Position numbers and translations under genes: made by a program
Shown: one piece after another, positions 56,861 through 64,000 of the stretch
Numbering within the stretch: the stretch's first letter is position 1
How the letters are laid out: each line of letters starts with the position of its first letter
DNA from: Candidatus Aminicenantes bacterium
GTDB lineage: Bacteria > Acidobacteriota > Aminicenantia > Aminicenantales > JAFGBC01
Length of the DNA stretch: 64,000 bases
Assembly: GCA_963702005.1 (NCBI GenBank)
Contig: OY969696.1
Location: 713,680-777,679 of the forward strand
Direction: 5' to 3'
Notes under the pieces: model-generated
What the model saw: only the letters and a program-made list of their open reading frames with translations
What the model was told of the DNA's origin: nothing
The model's database searches: none

Positions 56861-57102
56861 GGGCGCCCCCGTCGCTTGGCCCGGTCGATAAAGTCTTGGT
56901 CCAGGACGCGGCCGGCGGTTTTATTCCTAAGGACCCGTGCTCTGGCCAGGACATCGTCCGGCTCCAGGCGGCGGGCGGTCAAGGTCTCCTCGAAGATCGA
57001 GAGGATTTCGCCGTTGATGCTCCGGCGGTTCCGACCCGCCCGGGCCCTGATCTTGTCGAACAGCTCCTGGGGGATATTCTTGACGGTGAAGTTCGCTGGC
57101 AT
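56857..57102 (-). CDS. vapB: Antitoxin (ribbon-helix-helix/Arc-like, VapB/FitA-type)
   Basis: MPANFTVKNIPQELFDKIRARA, typical of the RHH antitoxin N-terminus. Coupled to vapC. Confidence 0.65.
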   Translation of the reverse strand: MPANFTVKNIPQELFDKIRARAGRNRRSINGEILSIFEETLTARRLEPDDVLARARVLRNKTAGRVLDQDFIDRAKRRGRP

Positions 57103-57223
57103 CGCTCCGGACCGTTGGTTGTAATCTGGTTCCATTATGGTTCTTTCAAGACTAAAAGTCAATACGGATCTCCAGCGGTTGTCGATCTCCGGGAGATGTC
57201 CTCTTCAGGAATGACGCTTCGAG

Positions 57224-58585
57224 TCAGGGGGCCGTCTCGCCGCCAAGGTAGCTTCCGACGATCTCCCGCCCCGCCCGCATCAGCTCGTGGATCCAGGAGT
57301 AGGCGAAGCGGCCGCCGCGGCCGGCGAGCCTCAGGTTGCCGAACCGCCCCAAGTAGGAGAGGACGGTCTCGACGTTCTTCGCGCTCTCCCTCTCCAGGAT
57401 GGGATAGGCATGAGAGAGCCGGCTGACCTCGGCGTCGATCGGATCGCCGCTTCCGAGCCAGCCGATATTGCGGAGGAGCGACGCCGTGCGCTCGACCAGG
57501 GACCCGTCCCCTGAATTCCAAATTTCGTCCCCCCGCTGGCAGGGGATCTCGGCGACGAGCGAAGTCCTGCCGGCGGGCGCCATGCGCGCGCTCCGGTTCT
57601 TCGGTTCATAGACCCGCGTGAACGGGAATTCTTTGTCCGGGAAATAAACGGTCGCCGCCTTCGTCACGGAATCGCAGCCGAGAAACAGGGCGACCAGGAC
57701 GAGATCCCTGAAGCGCAAGAGAGAGGCGCTCCGCAGGACTCCGTCGGGCGGCCGGGGCGCCATCATCCGGATGAATTCGGGGAGCGGGAGGGAGCTTATA
57801 AACTCGTCGGCTTGGACGGTTGCGCCGCCCCCGGTTTCGACGGCCATAATCCGTACGCCGTCGTGGATGACCCGCGTCACGGGAGCGTTTGTCCGGATTC
57901 GCTCCTTTCCGCAGAATTCGACCAGACGCTCGGCGAGGGCGCCGATACCCGGACGCGGATAATAAAAAGAGCCGTCGACGTGCTTGGTGCCCGCCTTCCG
58001 GCCCAGGAAGGCCTCGATCAGGACGGTGCCAAGGGTCAGCCCGTTCATGCGCCGGCCGGAGACCTCGGGAGACAGCTGCCGGCAGGGGACGCCCCAAAGC
58101 TTCTCGGAATAATTCAACAGGAAGCGCTCGCTGATCGTGTCGCCGTACTTGTTCCGGGCGAACGACTCGAAGTCGTCGCTCCGCCGGGCGGCTTTGAGCC
58201 GGCCGGACATGACCTGGACCCCGGATGAAAGGAAGGCCGCGGGACCCAGGCTCCTCATCAAGTTGAGCGGCAGGAAGGGGAAGTCGATCAGGATCCCCCG
58301 CCGGTAGATCTTGCTGGGGACGTGGATCATTTCCAGCTCTCCGTCAAGCAGGGATCGAATCTCCGCCGTCGCTACGGGGTCCTTGTCGTGAATGCGGTGC
58401 GCCCCCGTGTCGTACAGGAATTCCGTATGCTTCAGGGTCCGGGCGTTTCCCCCGCAGCGATCGCGGGCTTCGAGGACGATGAAGGGCAGTCCATTCTTCC
58501 TGGCGTAAAAGGCCGCCGACAGTCCGGCGACTCCGCCGCCCAAGATGGCGATCAGCCCCGGCCTTTGTCTCCGTCCGTCCTGCAT
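57224..58585 (-). CDS. FAD-dependent oxidoreductase (amine oxidase/protoporphyrinogen oxidase-like)
   Basis: Rossmann motif IAILGGGVAGLSAAFYA...VLEARDRCGG. 453 aa. Confidence 0.65.
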   Translation of the reverse strand: MQDGRRQRPGLIAILGGGVAGLSAAFYARKNGLPFIVLEARDRCGGNARTLKHTEFLYDTGAHRIHDKDPVATAEIRSLLDGELEMIHVPSKIYRRGILIDFPFLPLNLMRSLGPAAFLSSGVQVMSGRLKAARRSDDFESFARNKYGDTISERFLLNYSEKLWGVPCRQLSPEVSGRRMNGLTLGTVLIEAFLGRKAGTKHVDGSFYYPRPGIGALAERLVEFCGKERIRTNAPVTRVIHDGVRIMAVETGGGATVQADEFISSLPLPEFIRMMAPRPPDGVLRSASLLRFRDLVLVALFLGCDSVTKAATVYFPDKEFPFTRVYEPKNRSARMAPAGRTSLVAEIPCQRGDEIWNSGDGSLVERTASLLRNIGWLGSGDPIDAEVSRLSHAYPILERESAKNVETVLSYLGRFGNLRLAGRGGRFAYSWIHELMRAGREIVGSYLGGETAP

Positions 58586-58688
58586 TGTCGCCCCGCAGCT
58601 CCCTTGCTTGGGACGCCTTGCGCTCGTTCGTTTGACAATAGATGATAGACGGCCCGCGGCGAGTTGTCAAACGCGTCCCGGACTCAGC

Positions 58689-61154
58689 TTATCGTATGGT
58701 CACGGTCGCGGGCGGGCCCTCGCGGCCCGTTTCCGGATCGACCGCGACAAGCCGGTACGTGTAGGCCTTGGTCTTGTCCACGCCGCGCTCCCGATACTCG
58801 AATGTCGCCGCGTCGAGCGAAGCGACGAGGCGCGGCGTCGTCCCCTCGACCAGGTAGAGCCGGTAGGTCAGCCCGGCGTCGTTGGCAGGATTCCGCCGCC
58901 AGTTCAGGACGTTGACGTACTCGACGAAGAGGAGCGAGCGGTTTTCTTTCTTCGTGCCTTTGAAGTCGAGCGGTTCGTAGATGGTCCGCTGGAATTCGGC
59001 CCGGACGGCCAGGTCGCGGTCGACGGTGACGGTCAAGGGATTCGTCGTCCCCGATGCGTCTCCGCTCCAACCCATGAAATGATAGTTCGAGGCCGCCGTC
59101 GCCGTGATGGTCACTTGACTTCCCGGGCTATGTTTATAGGTTCCGGGAGCGGGCGTCGTCGTGCCGCCCGAGGTCGCGCTGATGACGAGGGCGTACTGGC
59201 CGCCCGGCCGGATTTGGCAGAGGCCTCCGCCCGGGGTCGCGGCGACGAGCGTGCCGGTCCCCTTGACGAAGTCGAGGGCGCTGACCGTTTTCACGATCAG
59301 GCCCAGGCTGTAATCGGACCAGGAACTCCCGAAATCCACGCTCTTCCGGACGCCGGCCCAGCCGCCCGCGTAAACCTGGTTGGGGAGGGCCGGATTGACC
59401 GCGATGGCCGTCGTCGAGGCGGTCAGGCAATGGGTCCAGGTCGCGCCGGAGTCCTCGCTGCGGAAGACGCCGTCGTCGGACGCGGCGTAAATACGGAAGG
59501 GCGAGACGGGATCGAGGACGAGGGCGGTGATGGGAGCCGAAAATACGTTGGTCCCCAGCCCCGTCCAGGTTTCGCCTCCGTCCGATGTCCGGCAAACCGA
59601 GCCCAGGCTGTTCTGAGTGCCTCCGACATAGATGATCTGCTCGTTCGTAGGATGCACCGCGATGGCGCAGACCATCCCGGGATCGGGCAGGAGCTTGGAC
59701 GCCCAATTGGCCCCTCCATCCGTCGAGATATACAAGGTGACATTGCTGCCCGGCGGACTGCCTCCCGCGTAAAGATGATCGAAGTTCTGGGAATGAACGA
59801 CCAGAACATCGAGCTGGCCCTGCTGCAACAGGCTCGTCCAGCTGTTGCCTCCATCTACAGACCTGTAGATGTAGTCTCCGGACCCTCAGCCCTGGCCGGG
59901 CGCGATCATATAAACGGTCCGGGGGTTGCCGGGATCGACGGCCGCGATATAACCCTGATCGTCGCAGCTGTAAAAATAGGGGAGGAGGGACCAGGTCCGG
60001 CCGAAGCTGTCGCTCCGATAGAATCCGCAGTTGGAAACATTGGCATAAAGGACGTTGGGGTAAGAGGCCGGTACATAGAAGGACGGGACCCGGCAGGCCC
60101 GAACCCCGGTTTGACTGGCCGCCCAGGTCGCGCCCGCGTCCGTGCTGCGGTAGACTCCGGCGTCCGAGCCGAAGAAAACCGAGCTTCCCGCCACGGCCAT
60201 GCGGCGGCAGTCGCCGAGAAGACCCGTTTCGGCGGACGTCCAGTCGATGCCGCCGTCCGTGCTCTTGTAGACCCTTTTCTGATAGCCGGCATAGAGGACG
60301 GAGGAATTCGCCGGGTCGATGGCCAGCCCGTAAGCGCAGCTGGTGTTGGCGCTGCTCTGCCAGGTCTGTCCCGAGTCCGAGGAGCGATAGACGCCCCCTT
60401 CGGTCGCGGCGAAGACCCGGGAGGGATTGTTCGGATCCGTTGCCAGGTCGTAGATCTGGGTTGAGAGCCCGCCCGTGATGTCTTGCCAGGAATCGCCGCC
60501 GTTCGTCGTCCGGTAGACGAAGAATTTAGCCGTCGTGGCGGTCCGGTAAATCCCGCTGACATAAATGACGGCCGGATTCCCGAAATTGACGCAGAGGCTG
60601 TGGCTCTCGGCGAGATCCGCGCCGGGCGAGATTCGCTTGGACGTCCAGGTTTGGCCGCCGTCCGTCGTGCGGGCTAATCCGACCGAGGCCGTCTCGGACG
60701 TTATCTGGCCGAGGATGAACAGGCTGTCGGGATCGCTGGGATGGGCGGCCAGCCGTTCGAAGCTGGTGAAGCCGCGCGGATTCGTGAGCTGCGTCCAGGA
60801 CGAGCCGCCGTTTCGGGATTTGAAAAGGGAGAGCCAGCTCATGGCATAGAGGCCGCCGCTTCCCGGAGGGCCGAAGGCGAGGTCCGTGATGGGATCATTG
60901 AATAACCCGATCCTCTTCCAGGTTTTGCCTTCGTTCGCGCTCCGGTAGACCTGGGCCGGCGTCGAATCGAAGACGGCCATGAGATCGTTGGCGTTCGCGG
61001 GATTCACGGCCAGGTCGCGCAGGCCGCCGCCGTCGGGACCGATCGATTTCCAAGCGGGGTTGTCCGCCCCGGCCGGCCGCGGCCGGGTTGGAGCGGCGGG
61101 AGGGCCGAGGATGAGCGCGGCTATCAGGATCGAGAATCCAATTCCTTTTTTCAT
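58689..61154 (-). CDS. Secreted BNR/Asp-box repeat beta-propeller protein, paralog E; in-frame TGA at ~59886-59888
   Basis: N-terminal ORF (signal peptide MKKGIGFSILIAALILG) and C-terminal ORF 58689-59828 in the same frame, 19 codons apart. Read-through reads GSGDYIYRSVDGGNSW. Confidence 0.65.
59853..59888 (-). other. In-frame TGA plus SECIS-like hairpin of paralog E (AUCUACA-GGUC-UGUAGAU)
   Basis: 7-bp stem with GGUC loop, 14 nt 3' of the UGA. Coordinates ±1. Confidence 0.55.
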
Positions 61155-61371
61155 AAAAACACCCTCCGCCTGGAATCAGCAGGGTCCGAATCTGATTCCC
61201 GATTATTTTATATAGGAGGGCGGTCGGGGAGTCAACCTTTCGACACCCATAGCCGTTTCCGGCTTAGTATGAGTGCTGCAAGGCTGCTCCCCGGCCCCGG
61301 ATTGATTTGTGGAAGCTTTTCTGGTAAACAAGGGAGACAGGAACCGACATCGCGGGAAGGAGGTAGGGCTC

Positions 61372-63354
61372 ATGCAGGCTTGGAAGCGCCGATTCCCGGC
61401 GGCCCTCATCAAGATCCTGATCCTCGGCGCGCTCGCCTTTCTTTCGGTCAAGCCGGCCGCCGCCCAGAATCCGATCGACTTTACCCTCAAGGACGCGGAC
61501 GGCAATGACGTCCACCTCCGCGACTTCCTGGGCAATAAGGTCGTCCTGGTCGATTTCTGGGCGACCTGGTGCGTCCCCTGCGTCAAGGAGCTGTCCCACT
61601 TCCAGCGCTTCTACGAGTCCTATAAGGACAAGGGTTTGGTCGTCCTGGCCATTTCCGAGGACGGCCCCGAGACCGTGGCCATGGTCAAGCCCTTCCAGCG
61701 GCGCTACAAGTACACCTTCACCATCCTCCTCGACTCCGAATCCAAGGTCCTGGCCCTCTACAACCCGAGGGTCGTCTTGCCCTACACGCTCCTCATCGGC
61801 CGCGACGGCCGGATCGCCAAGATCCACCAGGGCTACAGCCTGGGCGACGAGAAAATGCTCGAGCAGGAGATCGTCGAGCTTCTCGAGCCCAAGGCGGAAG
61901 TCAAGGCGAGCCGGATGTCGCTGAGCGCCAGCGAATCCTTCCTGTACCGCCATTTCACCGACAAGGATTATGTCGACGACTCGCGCGAGGGCCGGCCCAA
62001 CCAAATCCTCAACAAGTTCGACCTGACCCTTAACGCGGGCGATCTCCTGGTCGGGATCAGGGCCGACGCGAACCTCGACTTCTCGCCGATGCGGCACGAT
62101 TACAGCCTGGCCAAGCGGTTCGTCGAGTTCAACAAATGGAACTTCAGCCTGCGGGCCGGGGATTTCTATTACTCGGTGGGGCGGGGGCTCGCCTTCAGCC
62201 TGCTCAAGATCTTCGAGAAGGAGGGCCTCGAGTACATCATCGACACGACCATCGAGGGCGGGAAGCTCAGCTACGGCGGGAACAAGTTCGAAGCCTGGGG
62301 GGGCTGGGTCGAACGCGAGCGGACGTCGCGGGAGGCGCCGATCGTCCGGGACCTGGTCGGGGGGCTGAGCGTCGGGACCCGCGTCTTGAGCTTCGCCGAC
62401 GTCAACCTCAACGTCGTCGGGGCGCGGCTCGAGCCGGGCTCCGCGTTGGGGAGCCGGAACGTCTCCATGGAAACCCTGACCTTCTCGGCGGCCAAGATCG
62501 GCAATTTCGCCAAGTTCTACGGCGAGGGCCTCCTCATCCAGAAGGAAAAATTCTATGTCCCGAACACGATCTACGGCCACGGCGTTTATCTCGAGTCGGG
62601 GCTGTTCTTCGGGAACCTGACTCTTTTATTCGAGTTCAAGGATTACCAGGACCTCGACTTCGAATACAACCGGCCGCCCCTGCTTGAGAGCGAGCAGCTG
62701 GCCGTCGTCGCCAACCAGTTCGTGACCTCGGCCAAGGACTCGACCGGCGCCGCGATCCGGGCCGATTGGTATTTCCCGGGGGCCTCGACCCTTCTCTTTG
62801 CCAAGGGCAGCTGGATCGACGACCTGCCCGGCCACTTTCCGCGGACGATCACCCATTTTTTCGGGGGCGTCGAGAAGAAGTTCAAGGAGACGGGCTGGCT
62901 GACCCTGATCGGCGGCTACCGAAACGAGCAGGCGAGCTCCCTGGTTTTTTACTATACGGCGGGCCGGACCTTCCATTGGCAGGGGAATCTCAGCTATCCC
63001 CTGACCAGGCGTCTGAGCCTCGAGCTCGACATCGAGGCCAAGGACTTCGACGGAACGGTCCCCTTCGGAGGGAGGTTTACCGATTATTTCGAACGGCGCT
63101 CGTACCTGTCCTTGAGCTACTCCCCCCGTCTCATCCTGACCGTCCTCTACGACCGGACGGACGACCCCGAGATCCTGGCCGTCAAGAACAAGAAGGATTG
63201 GTGGGGGACGCAGCTCGAGATCAAACTATCCCACGCCAAGTCGATCCGGATCTTCTACGGGTCCAACAAGGGGGGCGTCAAGTGCGCGGGCGGCGTCTGC
63301 AAATTCTTCCCGCCCTTCGAAGGGTTGAGGATCGACGGCGTCCTTAGGTTCTGA
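61372..63354 (+). CDS. TlpA/ResA-like thioredoxin (WCVPC) fused to a ~500-aa C-terminal domain ending in Phe (outer-membrane beta-barrel-like)
   Basis: Signal peptide; VVLVDFWATWCVPCVKE thioredoxin-fold active site. The C-terminal region has alternating-hydrophobic strands and ends ...GLRIDGVLRF. Confidence 0.55.
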   Translation: MQAWKRRFPAALIKILILGALAFLSVKPAAAQNPIDFTLKDADGNDVHLRDFLGNKVVLVDFWATWCVPCVKELSHFQRFYESYKDKGLVVLAISEDGPETVAMVKPFQRRYKYTFTILLDSESKVLALYNPRVVLPYTLLIGRDGRIAKIHQGYSLGDEKMLEQEIVELLEPKAEVKASRMSLSASESFLYRHFTDKDYVDDSREGRPNQILNKFDLTLNAGDLLVGIRADANLDFSPMRHDYSLAKRFVEFNKWNFSLRAGDFYYSVGRGLAFSLLKIFEKEGLEYIIDTTIEGGKLSYGGNKFEAWGGWVERERTSREAPIVRDLVGGLSVGTRVLSFADVNLNVVGARLEPGSALGSRNVSMETLTFSAAKIGNFAKFYGEGLLIQKEKFYVPNTIYGHGVYLESGLFFGNLTLLFEFKDYQDLDFEYNRPPLLESEQLAVVANQFVTSAKDSTGAAIRADWYFPGASTLLFAKGSWIDDLPGHFPRTITHFFGGVEKKFKETGWLTLIGGYRNEQASSLVFYYTAGRTFHWQGNLSYPLTRRLSLELDIEAKDFDGTVPFGGRFTDYFERRSYLSLSYSPRLILTVLYDRTDDPEILAVKNKKDWWGTQLEIKLSHAKSIRIFYGSNKGGVKCAGGVCKFFPPFEGLRIDGVLRF

Positions 63355-63410
63355 AGCCGGGAACGGGCCGGACGTTATCGCCTATCCGTTCCAGGGGGGA
63401 TTTGAAAAAG

Positions 63411-63433
63411 TGACAAAGTGTAGGTTTGACCCT
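63411..63433. repeat. REP-like element, copy 4 (partial palindrome)
   Basis: tgacaaagtgtaggtttgaccct. Confidence 0.6.
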
Positions 63434-64000
63434 CACAAGTATTTTTGGATGATGTTATCGACCTCGGCTTTGATGTAACCCTCCCGCTTGTAGCGGATGG
63501 TCCGGTTCCGGTCCATGATGTGGGGGAGGGGGATCGAATTCCGCCGGAATTGATCATAGATGGCGTGGCTGTTGTCGTCCAGGACCGGGAAGGTCAGTTT
63601 ATAAGTCTCGGACCAGGTCTTGGCGCTCCCCTCGATGACGCATAGGATGTACATGAATCCCTTGCCCTTGAGGCTCTGATAGAAGGACTCGGCCGTTTCG
63701 GCCTTCTCCCGGCAGGGGCCGCACCAGTCGGCCGAGAAATCGAGCAGGATGACCTTGCCGTGGTAGGCCGAGAGAGTCACGTCGGCGCCGTTCTGGTCCT
63801 TGGCAGTGAAATCGAGGGCGATAGACCCTTCCTCGGTCCCGTAGGTCGCGGCCGAGGCCGTGAAGGCCAGGTCGCTCCGCGAAGCCGACCCGACCTCATA
63901 GTCGGAGGGGCTGAAGGCGTAGCCGAGCCGCGAAGGCGTGATGATGTACCCTCCGCCGGGAAGATCGCTGAAGCTGAACCGTCCGTCGCTTCCCGTCGTC
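63433..64000 (-). CDS. TlpA-like thiol:disulfide oxidoreductase (WCGPC), 5'-partial at the window edge, with an upstream beta-sandwich-like extension
   Basis: ILLDFSADWCGPCRE motif. The open frame continues upstream of the listed Met to the window end (…LDFTAKDQNGADVTLSAYHGK). Confidence 0.6.
   Translation of the reverse strand, partial: TTGSDGRFSFSDLPGGGYIITPSRLGYAFSPSDYEVGSASRSDLAFTASAATYGTEEGSIALDFTAKDQNGADVTLSAYHGKVILLDFSADWCGPCREKAETAESFYQSLKGKGFMYILCVIEGSAKTWSETYKLTFPVLDDNSHAIYDQFRRNSIPLPHIMDRNRTIRYKREGYIKAEVDNIIQKYL

Noticed and set aside
42471-61154. Alternative genetic code (UGA = Trp or Gly) as the explanation for in-frame TGAs
   Set aside because: - **TGA is a stop here:** Many well-defined genes in the window terminate at TGA with overlapping downstream starts (purD/purE, sigma/anti-sigma, mtaB).
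- **GC content:** GC is ~65%, unlike the known UGA-reassigned lineages.
- **Localisation:** The in-frame UGAs are confined to one gene family.

Overview
This is a high-GC (about 65%) bacterial chromosomal segment in which I can support about 60 genes. It carries a REP-like palindrome with two HUH transposases at the left end, a Tat/purine/lipid-A housekeeping stretch, a pil locus with a sigma-54 promoter, and a selenocysteine module with its selenoprotein candidates.

- **Left end (1-4.1 kb):** A REP-associated tyrosine transposase (RAYT) is flanked by inverted REP-like palindromes. An ECF sigma factor and anti-sigma pair sits next to it. An IS200/IS605-family TnpA-only element is followed by another copy of the same REP.
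- **Core metabolic and envelope genes:** dCMP deaminase, tatC and tatA, a C-terminal processing protease, rpiB, a glyA-like gene, purD and purE, mtaB, mutL, tRNA-Pro and tRNA-Arg. The lipid A genes lpxK and lpxL sit close to gmhA.
- **Type IV pilus locus:** pilB-pilT-pilC-pilS-pilR-pilA. A canonical sigma-54 promoter lies in front of pilA and a terminator behind it.
- **Accessory genes:** plsC, a flotillin, rph, comEC, an M20 peptidase and a vapBC toxin-antitoxin pair.
- **Selenocysteine module (headline):** selA-selD-selB-selC(tRNA-Sec, anticodon UCA) lie directly beside an array of five paralogous secreted BNR/Asp-box beta-propeller genes. Four are in head-to-tail tandem at 42.4-51.0 kb; one further copy is at 58.7-61.2 kb. 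Each paralog has a single in-frame TGA at the same position. The TGA is followed 11-14 nt later by a conserved 7-8 bp hairpin; four of the five have a GGUC apical loop (copy C has AGUUCC). The hairpin is built from rare codons and the reading frame continues through it. This matches bacterial SECIS architecture, so these look like a previously undescribed exported selenoprotein family; programmed read-through is the alternative.
- **Redox neighbours:** a DsbD-alpha-like protein, a TlpA thioredoxin fused to a barrel-like domain, and a second TlpA-like gene.
- **Other oddities:** frameshifts in selB, a GT39 glycosyltransferase and one BNR paralog; an aspartate aminotransferase fused to a P-loop (HprK-like) domain; several families of hairpin repeats.
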